Of a stretch of 58,745 nt of DNA, positions 1-9,945 are shown one piece after another (position 1 is the first letter of the stretch; every line of letters begins with the position of its first letter). The stretch is from a virus (lineage: Duplodnaviria; Heunggongvirae; Uroviricota; Caudoviricetes). Where the stretch lies: IMG/VR virus record IMGVR_UViG_2531839662_000025; one strand, given 5' to 3'. Both the position numbers and the translations under genes were made by a program. Below the pieces are notes generated by a model. It searched no databases, was not told the origin of the DNA, and worked only from the letters and a program-made list of their open reading frames with translations.

Positions 1-567
1 TTATTCCACTATAAAATTCCTAACCGAATTCAAATCCCCCAGACTGCTCAGTTCCTCTTTCAATTCACGCTGACGTTGATAAATCTCGTCATTGCGATCG
101 ACCTGAGCCTGCGCCATTGCAGTAAGCAGCTCATCCAGTTTCTGCATCGACAGTTTCACCTGCTGGTTTTCCGCATCGCCCCATACCATGGTTTTTCGCG
201 CTGTGTCAGACTTTGATGCCATTACTGCCGGATAAAGGCGGGCCAGTGAGTCGGGGCCAGCGTTCCAGGTGCGGCCGTTCCATTCGAACGTGAACGGCTG
301 CGCTTCCTGTTCTGTGCGCCATACCTCAATTTCTCGTTTTTTAGCGTCCTTTGCTGCTTCCAGCATTTCAGGCGTAACAGTGAACGGGGCGATTTCGCCC
401 CATTTGCCGCTTTTCAGTTCCTGCCAGATTTGCTGGCCTGTCGTCGCGGTGTCTTCTGGCGTGGCTGTGTACGGAAGCGGGTCTTCCATTCCTTCAAACA
501 GCACGTCGCAGTCAATCGCACCGGACTCGGTGTAGCGGGGACTGGTGATTTTTTTAATTTGCATCAT
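1..567 (-). CDS. tail fibre assembly chaperone (Tfa-like)
   Basis: 188-aa ORF immediately downstream of a tail-fibre gene (4-bp overlap); stop codon is the first 3 bases of the window. Confidence 0.7.
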   Translation of the reverse strand: MMQIKKITSPRYTESGAIDCDVLFEGMEDPLPYTATPEDTATTGQQIWQELKSGKWGEIAPFTVTPEMLEAAKDAKKREIEVWRTEQEAQPFTFEWNGRTWNAGPDSLARLYPAVMASKSDTARKTMVWGDAENQQVKLSMQKLDELLTAMAQAQVDRNDEIYQRQRELKEELSSLGDLNSVRNFIVE

Positions 568-2558
568 GAAACCCTCACAAACAAAGAAACCAGCCCCCGA
601 TTATAAAACGTGACATCCGGGCCTCCTGATAAAGCGAGATATGTGCCAGGCAGGGTACTTCCGTAGACAAATGACCTGGCAGCGGCACTAAATCCTGAAC
701 CGCGATACTCAGCTTCGAAGACCACCTGCCGGAGCCTTGATCCCGGCACAGGTTGCGTACGAAGTAATGTGACATCACTGCTGCCGCTATCTGGCAGGTA
801 TGCGGCAAGAACCAGGCTACCCGGTTGCGGAGCGCGCTGTGATGTAGTATCTCCTGCACATAACAGTTGTATCAGTCGGTCGCGTGACCAGAATAGCCGC
901 GACCATGCCCCGGGAAGTGTCGCCGAAGACATTGATTTTGTAACCAATACCTGATACTTAGCCGGCCCCTCACCAGTAGCGCCGCTGTATTCGGCATCGC
1001 CATGAAAAGTTATCCACCGGCCTGTTTCTGATTCAATACCGCCTGAACCAATTCCGCATCGTATTTCTATATCTACAAGCCCCCTGAAATAGGGTTGCCC
1101 CCCATCATAAGCAATGATGGGATTATATGAAATGCCACTCCCTCCATATTGTGTTACCGCGTAACGCCCGGGGGTGACTTCGAACACCCATTTCAGAAAT
1201 TCGGCAGGGCCATTTTTGGCGCTGAAATACACCACTTCCGACGAAGAGAACACATGCCCGTATCCGAACGCCCCCGGCAGCGCAACACGGCCTTCCGTGC
1301 TGTCGTAAAGGTCTGTCTGAATGTCCTTTACCGCTGCGCTTTTCAGCTCAAGCTCATTGCGCATGGCTTCCACTGTGGCCTGCGCCAGCAGTGACCGGGC
1401 TTTTTCTGACAGCGGAGACAGTGAAGCATTCCCGTCCTGATTAAAGCACAGAAGGTTATCTGCCCGTTCTTCCAGATTGCTGATTGCGGTTAACACGTCG
1501 CTGAGTGGTTGTTTACCCGCCAGCGCATTCATGATTGTTGTCGCAAAGTTCGGGTCATTACCCAGCGCCGCTGCCAGCTCATTCAGCGTGTCCAGGGCTT
1601 CCGGGGACGAGTCAACCAGCGCAGCAAGCAGTTTGCGGACAAACGCCACGTTCGCCATCTCCAGCCCGACGGCATCATCCGGTGGTGTTGGTGTGGTGGG
1701 CGTGCCGGTGAACGCCGGGCTGTCCAGCGGTGCTTTTGTTTTCGTCTCGTCCATGACGGTTTTGACAGCCTTTGGTGTGGCTGCCAGCTCTTCGCTGTCG
1801 TTGTCCGTATCACTACAGAGTTGCACCAGGCCTTTTTCTGTCGTGGAAGCATTGCTTCCCTTCAGGTCATCAACTATCCGTTGCGCCTCGTCCTTATGCT
1901 GTTTCGCGTTCTGCTCGCTTTTTGCTGCCGCTTCGGCGCTGGCTTTTGCCTCGCCGGTCAGCGTTGCAGCTTCACCGAGTTTATCGACCGCTTTCTTGAC
2001 TATCGTGTCGGCATCCTTGACGGCCTGCTCTGCGCGGGCGGCATCCTGTGTGGCAGATGATGCCAGCTGTGCCACCTGCTTTTTATCTTTGGCAACGGCT
2101 TCTGCATTCTGCTGTACGTTATCCGCCAGCGTCTCGCAGTCGCTCTTAATTTGTTGCGCATCAGCGACGTGTTGCCCGGCCTGTTGTTCGCTTTCCGCTG
2201 CCGCTTCCGCGCTCTGCTGCGCCTGCGCCACCATTTCCTCAAAGCGTTTCACCACGTCGGGTTTGAGGTCGCCTTCATCAAGGGCAGTCAGAAAGTCGTT
2301 CAGCGTACCGGGCCTGGAGTCGTCGTATACAGCAATGTCGCCAACACAGTACTCGTCGCGCCAGTCCTGCTTCAGATATACGCAATATTTTCCGGTTTGC
2401 GCCTTAAAACAGTACTCGCCACAGTTTCCTGTCACCACGTCGGCAACTGTGCGCATCACCACTTCTGAGGTGTTTACCCGGGATTTCAGAATTATGTGGC
2501 ATCCGGACATGGGGATGCCTGCGCCATCTATCAGCGCACCTGATATCACTACAGACAT
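564..2558 (-). CDS. side tail fibre protein
   Basis: 664-aa ORF with long Ala/Gln/Glu-rich coiled-coil stretch and C-terminal receptor-binding-like region, followed by a Tfa chaperone. Confidence 0.75.
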   Translation of the reverse strand: MSVVISGALIDGAGIPMSGCHIILKSRVNTSEVVMRTVADVVTGNCGEYCFKAQTGKYCVYLKQDWRDEYCVGDIAVYDDSRPGTLNDFLTALDEGDLKPDVVKRFEEMVAQAQQSAEAAAESEQQAGQHVADAQQIKSDCETLADNVQQNAEAVAKDKKQVAQLASSATQDAARAEQAVKDADTIVKKAVDKLGEAATLTGEAKASAEAAAKSEQNAKQHKDEAQRIVDDLKGSNASTTEKGLVQLCSDTDNDSEELAATPKAVKTVMDETKTKAPLDSPAFTGTPTTPTPPDDAVGLEMANVAFVRKLLAALVDSSPEALDTLNELAAALGNDPNFATTIMNALAGKQPLSDVLTAISNLEERADNLLCFNQDGNASLSPLSEKARSLLAQATVEAMRNELELKSAAVKDIQTDLYDSTEGRVALPGAFGYGHVFSSSEVVYFSAKNGPAEFLKWVFEVTPGRYAVTQYGGSGISYNPIIAYDGGQPYFRGLVDIEIRCGIGSGGIESETGRWITFHGDAEYSGATGEGPAKYQVLVTKSMSSATLPGAWSRLFWSRDRLIQLLCAGDTTSQRAPQPGSLVLAAYLPDSGSSDVTLLRTQPVPGSRLRQVVFEAEYRGSGFSAAARSFVYGSTLPGTYLALSGGPDVTFYNRGLVSLFVRVS

Positions 2559-2581
2559 AGTTTTTCTCGCGATAAATTAAA

Positions 2582-3127
2582 TCAGGAAGAGGCTTCCGGA
2601 GAGACGGGCCATTCAATGGCGTTATATGAGGTTTTATCAGTGATAATGTTGAAATCCATCGCCTGCAGCGATTTCGCGTAAATGCGGTACGCTTTCAGTT
2701 TCTCCCTGTCTTCGTCACTGATTAATCCCAGCAGCAGGTCTTTTTCCCATTCGCTGGTCATGATGCTGGCCTGTTTTAACAGTGCATCACGCTCATCTTC
2801 CGCTTTAAGTTTGTAGTCAAAAACAAATTCATCATTGCGGTAGAACCAGTAACCAGGCGCGGTAATACGGCGATTGGCGGTAATATCCGGAACTTCAATA
2901 ACACAGGCGTTACGGGGTTCAATGCCTGTCACATCCTTACCGACCCACACCACGCGCCCGTCCCCGGAGTAAACCATTTTTATTGTGTCACTGGCAAAGT
3001 TCTTCTGTTCTTCATACCAGTTTTTGCCGTCTTCCGAAAAAAGCCAGGTGACACCATATTGTTTTGTCAGTTGATATTGTTCCGCGGTTTTCGGATTACC
3101 CGCAGTAATATTTTTTAAATGTAACAT
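2582..3127 (-). CDS. tail fibre assembly chaperone (Tfa-like)
   Basis: 181-aa ORF directly after a tail-fibre gene; Tfa-like length and position. Confidence 0.7.
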   Translation of the reverse strand: MLHLKNITAGNPKTAEQYQLTKQYGVTWLFSEDGKNWYEEQKNFASDTIKMVYSGDGRVVWVGKDVTGIEPRNACVIEVPDITANRRITAPGYWFYRNDEFVFDYKLKAEDERDALLKQASIMTSEWEKDLLLGLISDEDREKLKAYRIYAKSLQAMDFNIITDKTSYNAIEWPVSPEASS

Positions 3128-3129
3128 TG

Positions 3130-4314
3130 TTAAACACTCGCCACGTTATACCAGGTGCCATTAATCAGTTTCTGAAGCGGACGGTAATACACGCCGCCGA
3201 TGTTATCTGCCGAATTACTTCCGGTTTCCTGCACATTAATACCGGATAACCCGTGGCCTGAAGGTGAGCGAAATGTCCAGGATACCTGGTTACCTCCCGG
3301 GTTGTAATACATTTCGGAACCATAACGCACATCCTGCACGCCGCCATTTCGCTGCTGATAGCGGGCATCAAAGTTTCCGTAGTTTGATGGAACCATCTGC
3401 CCGTTTACGGCAAACGTTATGCTGTTATCCGTATTCCTCTGACTGTAAAAATGCCAGCCAGAATCATCACCAAGCTCTGCAACAACAGGCCTTGAGGAAT
3501 TTCCCCATAGATTAAATCTTGCACTCTTCGTGGAAGAACTGTCACACGACAGCGTGAACTTTCTTAAATTGCCGGTCGAGAGATTTTCTAATGCCAGCAC
3601 ACCGTTTTTTGTAAAACGAAAGGCGTTGTGTCCCTCTGCAAACACATTAATAACACCGCGTCCGCCCCACTTAAAACCGGTATTGCTATCACAGAGCGTG
3701 AGTGATTTTTCACCCAGATTGTTCTCATTACCGATGCCAATCCTGTCACCAATAACCACATCGCCCTGGCGCAGGTTAATGGAAATGGGCCGCAGTGGGC
3801 CAATATCGCCATTCTCGCCCTGACCTTCACTGGTAGGGATAAGGTGCAGGCACTCTTCCGAGCGACGAAAAATCAGACCAAAGGCTTCGTTGAAAATCCT
3901 CAGCGCATTAACTCCACGGATTTTTAGTTCTCCGGTCATGGTGTCACCATCACGCTGAACGGCATTTTTTGCCTTATCCACCGTAGGTTTTAATCCGAGG
4001 TTTTCAACAGCCTCATCCTTATCTTCCACATCCGAAAGGTTATTTTTTATCAGCAATGCCTCTTCGTTAATCGCACCGCCCACCAGTAATAATATGGCTT
4101 TATATAGCTGATCGTGTTCTTCTTTATTCAGTTCTATCCCGGCTTTCTCAATGACACCACAGATTTCCTCCTGAATGGCATCCCACATGGCACTGTTCAG
4201 CCAGGTGGCAAGGCGTCCTGTGCGAAGATTTCCGTCAGTAAATCCGTTCTTGCCCGGGCCAAACTTATCTTTTACCGCTGTCAGCGTATCAATCCTGTGC
4301 ATCTTCATCCTCAT
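3130..4314 (-). CDS. tail fibre protein
   Basis: 394-aa ORF after the baseplate genes; conserved phage tail-fibre N-terminal region followed by Gly/Asn-rich distal part. Confidence 0.7.
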   Translation of the reverse strand: MRMKMHRIDTLTAVKDKFGPGKNGFTDGNLRTGRLATWLNSAMWDAIQEEICGVIEKAGIELNKEEHDQLYKAILLLVGGAINEEALLIKNNLSDVEDKDEAVENLGLKPTVDKAKNAVQRDGDTMTGELKIRGVNALRIFNEAFGLIFRRSEECLHLIPTSEGQGENGDIGPLRPISINLRQGDVVIGDRIGIGNENNLGEKSLTLCDSNTGFKWGGRGVINVFAEGHNAFRFTKNGVLALENLSTGNLRKFTLSCDSSSTKSARFNLWGNSSRPVVAELGDDSGWHFYSQRNTDNSITFAVNGQMVPSNYGNFDARYQQRNGGVQDVRYGSEMYYNPGGNQVSWTFRSPSGHGLSGINVQETGSNSADNIGGVYYRPLQKLINGTWYNVASV

Positions 4315-4879
4315 CTGGATAGGAAAATAAAACGACAGTATGTGACGGACATAATTTATTAATCACGCACTCCGCAACCGTATCCCCCCACGTCCGGATC
4401 GGTGTGTTGCAGGCGTCCGTGCATGTCTGCCACTGAGCACCGGCATCCACCGGCAACGTCACACGCCAGAAATAACGCCAGCGATCCCCCCATTCCGGAT
4501 CGGGGCTTGCATCCAGATTCTGGAACTGTTCGATCGTCACGCCGGTATATCCCAGCGCCTCAAGCTGATCCAGGAAAAACTGCTCATTTATGCCGCCAGC
4601 TACATTGGCTTTTGCTTCAAGACGTTGCTGGCGCTGGCGTAATGTCTGGGTTCCGACAGGAGAACAGGAATCAGGTAAACCATACAATTTTTCATAACGT
4701 TCAATCAGCTCTGTGGACTGACCGGGATCGATTTCAATCACCAGTTCATCAGCCCGCTGGTGAACACGCACAAGCGATGGAGCCAGACCGTCAAGTACAC
4801 CGTCGGTATCTGACCATGCAGGTCCCGGCGGCATCAGGCCATACAACAATTTTGTATAATCATCCTGTAACGTATCCAT
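4289..4879 (-). CDS. tail protein, Mu gp48/YmfQ-like
   Basis: 196-aa ORF between baseplate J-like gene and tail fibre, the Mu gp48 position. Confidence 0.6.
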   Translation of the reverse strand: MDTLQDDYTKLLYGLMPPGPAWSDTDGVLDGLAPSLVRVHQRADELVIEIDPGQSTELIERYEKLYGLPDSCSPVGTQTLRQRQQRLEAKANVAGGINEQFFLDQLEALGYTGVTIEQFQNLDASPDPEWGDRWRYFWRVTLPVDAGAQWQTCTDACNTPIRTWGDTVAECVINKLCPSHTVVLFSYPDEDEDAQD

Positions 4880-5961
4880 TATTTACTCCTTACCGGGTCA
4901 TAAGCCTGCCATGTGATCTCCCCGAGTACCGGAAGCTCAGTTTCCCCCAGGTCAATATCCGATGAAGGGTCGATGAGTCGATGGGCCACCTCGCCTGCAG
5001 ATAAACTGATAGCCTCGCTGATTCTGGACAGATACATGCGCCCTTCCGGCACACCATCCCGGAACATCAGCGCATTCAGTTCTGATTTTATTGCCGCCCT
5101 GATTTGCGGTGTGTCTTTCGATAACGCAATCGTCATCGGGATAACTTTTTCTGTGGCACCGAATACATACAATCCGCTTCCGGCAACAGGTGCCAGAGGA
5201 AGGATGTGGTCCCTGACTGCGTTAATCACGCTTTCATCCGGGGCCGGGTGTTCAGGATCGTTCGTCGCCACCATCACGCCAACCGTTCCAATACCTTTCC
5301 AGTGTCTGAAAGTCCATGCACGGTTAATACCCTGAACTTCTTTCGCCCAGATAACATAATCAGGATCTGCGCCCCCCTGTGGAATGTAGTAATAACGTTC
5401 CATAACGCGGGCACGCCATATTTCCAGATTTTCAATATCTTCACCGTCTGTAATGGTGTCAGCGTATCCTGTGGACGGCAGACCACTGACGGGTGTTCCC
5501 AGCTGCATGGCAATACCATCATCCGTATTCCCCGCCGATCCCGGTTCGTCTGCCACAACAGGCACCCGGAGAAGACCATCGGCTGCGGTCACCGTCGCCG
5601 TCGTGGTGAAGGTCACCTGATCATCACGCTGGATCTGCGTTCCCGCTGGCAATACCGGCGTCCCCTCTACGCCATCCCAGCGCACAAATCCCCGGGCTGC
5701 CACCGCATCTTTTCGCGGGCAGCGTTTGATTCTGGCGTGCCGGTACAACCAGTCTTCATCACACATGTCCGGCAACAGATTTCTGGCAAGATAATCGATA
5801 TACCCGTACAACGTGTGTACGGCTGCAGCCTGTACACGGGCATACACTTCCGCATCCATACGACGAAGCAGCGTATCCTGCTCAAAGCGGGTTAATAAAT
5901 CGCTCCGGATCATAGAAATAAGTTGCGGAAGGCCGGGGCGATAAAACTGACTGTCAGCCAT
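4879..5961 (-). CDS. baseplate J-like protein (Mu gp47-like)
   Basis: 360-aa ORF; size and position in Mu-like baseplate cluster. Confidence 0.7.
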   Translation of the reverse strand: MADSQFYRPGLPQLISMIRSDLLTRFEQDTLLRRMDAEVYARVQAAAVHTLYGYIDYLARNLLPDMCDEDWLYRHARIKRCPRKDAVAARGFVRWDGVEGTPVLPAGTQIQRDDQVTFTTTATVTAADGLLRVPVVADEPGSAGNTDDGIAMQLGTPVSGLPSTGYADTITDGEDIENLEIWRARVMERYYYIPQGGADPDYVIWAKEVQGINRAWTFRHWKGIGTVGVMVATNDPEHPAPDESVINAVRDHILPLAPVAGSGLYVFGATEKVIPMTIALSKDTPQIRAAIKSELNALMFRDGVPEGRMYLSRISEAISLSAGEVAHRLIDPSSDIDLGETELPVLGEITWQAYDPVRSK

Positions 5962-6367
5962 TCAGTTCACTCCAGATATCATCAAAAATAATGTTGTGAA
6001 TATTGCCGTCACGCTGGTAAATGGTAATGGCAAGTGCCAGCGAGTCTGTCCCGGTCCGGACAGCGTTAATATCAAGACGGGAAGCAACACCATCCTCCAC
6101 CATCCACGCCAGCGCCTCACGGGCATAATCTCTGGCAAGCTGCGGGGTTTTATTTGTCAGCTTGCTGCGTCGCAACAGATACAGACGCGACCCCGTGCGA
6201 TCATTCTGAACCGCAGGCCAGGTATCTCCCCACCATCCAAATATCTGCGGTGCATCATCATCACGCCCTGCACGCCGCCAGGTAAAAAGCGAAATAATCA
6301 CAGCACGCGTCAGAAGGTCGAGCGAAGCCCCGGTCGACACGGTTCGCCCGTTAACATTAATCATCAT
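5954..6367 (-). CDS. baseplate protein (Mu gp46 / GPW-like)
   Basis: 137-aa ORF overlapping baseplate J start; Mu-like order. Confidence 0.6.
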   Translation of the reverse strand: MMINVNGRTVSTGASLDLLTRAVIISLFTWRRAGRDDDAPQIFGWWGDTWPAVQNDRTGSRLYLLRRSKLTNKTPQLARDYAREALAWMVEDGVASRLDINAVRTGTDSLALAITIYQRDGNIHNIIFDDIWSELNG

Positions 6368-6372
6368 GATTT

Positions 6373-6906
6373 TCAGCCCATCGGTTGATCTGGCGTGTCA
6401 GTGATCCCACCACCATCACCATTTTCGGTGTGTTTGTGGGCATTGTAGGTCTGCCGCATTTGCTGCATGCTGAGTCCGCCACTGTCGCAATTGTCAGTAA
6501 TATCAGCGGTGGATTCGACAGGCATTTCAAAGCGCGCTTTAGGCGCGTTTTGAAAAATAATGGGCTTCCCGCCCCCGTTCACCACAATACCGGAACGAGT
6601 CAGGACAACGGATTGCCCCTGATCGTCATAAAGCGCCACTTCCCCACGTTTCAGTCCTTTCAACCGGTAACGTCTGTCAGCCACGACCACAACCACACCA
6701 TGAGAACGATCGCCCGCCGGGAATAAAGCAACGCCCTCAGCACCGTTCTGTGCAGCAGATGTAAAACCATAAGGCTCAAGGTGCTCAACGTGTTGTTTCT
6801 GATCTCCGGCTATCATTTTCAACCCTACAGACTGACACTTTCTGGCTGAATCCACCGCCGTGATGACAGCCCGGGAAATCAGATTGCGAAGAGAAAACCC
6901 GTTCAT
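6373..6906 (-). CDS. baseplate assembly protein V / spike (Mu gp45-like)
   Basis: 177-aa ORF in Mu-like baseplate cluster. Confidence 0.6.
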   Translation of the reverse strand: MNGFSLRNLISRAVITAVDSARKCQSVGLKMIAGDQKQHVEHLEPYGFTSAAQNGAEGVALFPAGDRSHGVVVVVADRRYRLKGLKRGEVALYDDQGQSVVLTRSGIVVNGGGKPIIFQNAPKARFEMPVESTADITDNCDSGGLSMQQMRQTYNAHKHTENGDGGGITDTPDQPMG

Positions 6907-7961
6907 CAGAAATCCTCCTCAACATTTTTTTTCTTCCTGCCGGTAACAGGCTCGGGGAGATAAGCATCTGCCGGGCCAACCCGTAATTCAGTCGTCGTGC
7001 CCCGGTCGTCCTGGTTATAGGTGACTTCTGCGATCACCAGTTCATCATTATCAAAATTATTCAGCGGGTCGAAAACGATGACAGATAACCCCGGACGCCA
7101 TAACGCGCCACTGCCCTGCCGCCAGCCCTGAACCGTATATGTTGTCTCACGGGTAAGCGCAGCCCGTTGACGCGCTTCAAATTCACAACGGGCCTTACAG
7201 GTTGCTGTCGTTGCTGTGCCTGACTGCTGAATCAACAAAGGGCGATAACGGGTCACACCACTGTCCTGAATGGTCTGACGTATTGCGGCAATGGTGGCCT
7301 CACCAAAATCATCATCGTTGCCCGGGCGCTGCCCACTGACCTGATATTCAGAAAACCGCTCTCTGATGCTTCTTTCCGTATCACAGGAAAGAATATTCTC
7401 TCCCAGCACCAGTGCTGTCGCCGCTTTGCCTGTTCCGGTTTTCCCCAGAACCAGTCGACCGCATTCATCGTCATAAGCCAGCGTCTGAACCTGCCCCAGC
7501 AACCGGTTAAGACAATCGGCAACGGTTTCGCCGTGTTCCGGCTGGGCATCAATCACCGCTGTCTGCGGCACACCGGCGTCAACAACGGTGATGCCAAATG
7601 GCGCAGCCAGTTCACTGACGATTCTGAGCAGGTTTTTTCCGCTCTGCTGGACTGGCAAAGCAGAGCAGTCAACCAGATCGGCTGTTTTGCTTCGCCCGAC
7701 AATTCCCATGCTGACGCTGCTGGCGTCATAACGAAGCGGTAGAGCCTCCACATATCCGGTGAGCACGGGCTCATCCCCGATAAGCACTTCAACCAGCTCA
7801 CCATTTTTTATCCGGGGCTGATAATCCCGGCTTCCGGGCCAGCGGGTGGTAATGGCAACATTAAAATCCCGGGCAATACGGTTAATGCCCGCACTGATTC
7901 GGACGGATGTCCAGCCGCCCCATTCGCGACCAGAAACCCGAAGTAAAACGGTATTATTCAT
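6906..7961 (-). CDS. tail protein, Mu P-like (gp44-like)
   Basis: 351-aa ORF between N-like gene and baseplate genes. Confidence 0.6.
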   Translation of the reverse strand: MNNTVLLRVSGREWGGWTSVRISAGINRIARDFNVAITTRWPGSRDYQPRIKNGELVEVLIGDEPVLTGYVEALPLRYDASSVSMGIVGRSKTADLVDCSALPVQQSGKNLLRIVSELAAPFGITVVDAGVPQTAVIDAQPEHGETVADCLNRLLGQVQTLAYDDECGRLVLGKTGTGKAATALVLGENILSCDTERSIRERFSEYQVSGQRPGNDDDFGEATIAAIRQTIQDSGVTRYRPLLIQQSGTATTATCKARCEFEARQRAALTRETTYTVQGWRQGSGALWRPGLSVIVFDPLNNFDNDELVIAEVTYNQDDRGTTTELRVGPADAYLPEPVTGRKKKNVEEDF

Positions 7962-9349
7962 CTGACGGGTACCCTTAATGCCCTGATCGGAACAAAGCCC
8001 GGATGGGAGATGGCATTTCGATCCAGGATATCAGTTTCACGGGACGCATCGTCGTACCATGACGCAGCCAGAACAAGCGCAGGAAGAACCTCCGCTGGCG
8101 TTCGCTCTGCGGTCTCCTCCGTCTGAACCAGACGGGCCTGAATATCCCGGTTCAGTTCTGTACGTAATGACGTCAGCTGAAAAAACAGCCTGTCATCCGC
8201 CGCACGCCTGAGCTCCTGTTCAATCGCCGCGTTCAGCGATTCGCGTATGATGGTGAGATTTTCCCGCGTGGGTGGTTGCGCGGTCTCATCCTGCTCTGTG
8301 CTGGCTGCCACGCTGTCAAGCGCCGGATGAGAAACATGAATGATATCGGACTGACGTTCAGTGGAACCACCAACAGCCACAACCGCCTGCTGATTTTTCA
8401 CCAGACTTCCGGGTTGCGGCAGTGAAGTGACCGCCCTTGCAGCCTCGCTGATTGCCGTCGTCCGGATGACTGCAGCCACCAGATTTGTCTGCTGTTTTTG
8501 CCTGACAACCGATGCGGAATCTGTGGGCCACACAGCACGCGGTGCCAGTCCTGGATCCAGCGTAATACCTGACATTGTCGTTATGGACTGCACCAGATCC
8601 TGTGTGTTACCCACCAGTCTGGTTCCTGCCCGCCAGGTATCCTGCAACGTATGCACAAAATCACTGGCAACCGACGGCGGCATCAGAATGACGGATAAAT
8701 CGCCCTGCAGTAGTCTCGCTCCGGCAGAAACAGCCGAATTAACCATTTTGAAAGCTGTCTGAACGGTTCCCAGCATATCGGTTGCCCGGGCAATAACATC
8801 GTTCTGAATAAAGTCCGATATTCCCGCGAGATCAAAATCGCCGAACATGTCTTCAATCAGCTCATCCAGGAATCCGGACGACTCCTCCAGTTTTCTGGCG
8901 GTTGCGGCTCCGGCGACCGGGAATGACAGTTCCCCGCTCTCAACAAACTGAAATGAAACCCGGCACATACGGCCTTCCGTGCTGGAATGAGAAACGGTCA
9001 CCTGTCCGTCAATACAACCCTGCATTTCACCGAACTGCGGATGGATCAGTGTCCCCGGCCCGGCGGTTTCAATCGCGGTAATCAGCCTGTCGCGCTGCTC
9101 TGCGTAATCATCACCAACGAGATACGCATTAATCGTCAGCCGTCGCGTGGCACGCCCGAGATCTTCCGTGTACGGTTTGTCACGGTTTGGGTATTCATGG
9201 ACCTGAACGCGGCGTCCGAACGAACCCTCGTCGCTTTCCACCGAAAACGGAACGCCACGAAATGAAGCATCGTAAAGATTATCGCGCCAATTGATACCTG
9301 AAGATGCAGAAAGGAGTGAAGAAAGAGAAGGTAAAGAAGGTAAGTCCAT
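7958..9349 (-). CDS. tail protein, Mu N-like DNA circularization protein (gp43-like)
   Basis: 463-aa ORF following tape measure in Mu-like order. Confidence 0.6.
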   Translation of the reverse strand: MDLPSLPSLSSLLSASSGINWRDNLYDASFRGVPFSVESDEGSFGRRVQVHEYPNRDKPYTEDLGRATRRLTINAYLVGDDYAEQRDRLITAIETAGPGTLIHPQFGEMQGCIDGQVTVSHSSTEGRMCRVSFQFVESGELSFPVAGAATARKLEESSGFLDELIEDMFGDFDLAGISDFIQNDVIARATDMLGTVQTAFKMVNSAVSAGARLLQGDLSVILMPPSVASDFVHTLQDTWRAGTRLVGNTQDLVQSITTMSGITLDPGLAPRAVWPTDSASVVRQKQQTNLVAAVIRTTAISEAARAVTSLPQPGSLVKNQQAVVAVGGSTERQSDIIHVSHPALDSVAASTEQDETAQPPTRENLTIIRESLNAAIEQELRRAADDRLFFQLTSLRTELNRDIQARLVQTEETAERTPAEVLPALVLAASWYDDASRETDILDRNAISHPGFVPIRALRVPVR

Positions 9350-9362
9350 ACTGTCTCCACTA

Positions 9363-9390
9363 TAAAAAAACCGCCAATTTCTGGCGGCTT
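9363..9390 (-). terminator. rho-independent terminator after lipoprotein moron
   Basis: Minus-strand hairpin (CCGCCA/TGGCGG stem) followed by U-run, directly downstream of the 9396-9878 gene. Confidence 0.55.
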
Positions 9391-9395
9391 ATATA

Positions 9396-9878
9396 TTAAT
9401 CATCACTAATATCTTTCATATTCAATTTGCAATTTTCGTAGGTCACTCCAGACTCGCCATTAACATTAACTCCAGCTCTGATATTCCCGTTTTCTTTTAC
9501 ATCTACAAAAAACTGGCCTCTTGGCATCTTGAACACAAATGTAAAACCAACGGTATCTGAATCAAAATCATCATCTTTATATATTGGGATCAGATGTGTC
9601 ATCGTCGCTGGTGATGCATTGTTTGCAAAATCAAATACACCTATACTTTTGCCGAATTCATAAGAAGCTTTTCTCAATATAATCGCACCGCTGGCAGAAG
9701 GGGATGGGCACGATATCCTCAGTTGTCTGAATCCATCTGTATCCAAGTCAACATCATTATATGCAGATGCTTTAACGTTATTAACAAATCGTGAAGCAAT
9801 CTCCGCATTTGTTAGTGTTTTCGCCTGAGCACAGCAAGAGGTTAATATTGCAACTGTCATTAAAAATGGCTTTATCAC
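9396..9878 (-). CDS. predicted secreted lipoprotein (moron in tail module)
   Basis: 160-aa ORF with N-terminal signal peptide and lipobox (LTSC); AT-rich relative to flanking tail genes; own terminator. Confidence 0.6.
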   Translation of the reverse strand: MIKPFLMTVAILTSCCAQAKTLTNAEIASRFVNNVKASAYNDVDLDTDGFRQLRISCPSPSASGAIILRKASYEFGKSIGVFDFANNASPATMTHLIPIYKDDDFDSDTVGFTFVFKMPRGQFFVDVKENGNIRAGVNVNGESGVTYENCKLNMKDISDD

Positions 9879-9945
9879 AAAACAAACTCCATTGTTAGCA
9901 TGTTACGCGATAATTTTGCCTCATCTCTCACCACAAAAAAAGAAT

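Noticed and set aside
1477-2580. 367-aa plus-strand ORF antisense to the side tail fibre gene
   Set aside because: Ala/Ser/Cys-rich low-complexity translation typical of a shadow frame opposite a GC-rich coding sequence; the minus-strand fibre gene is the coherent reading.
5206-5895. 229-aa plus-strand ORF antisense to the baseplate J-like gene
   Set aside because: Shadow ORF; fully contained in a well-supported minus-strand structural gene.
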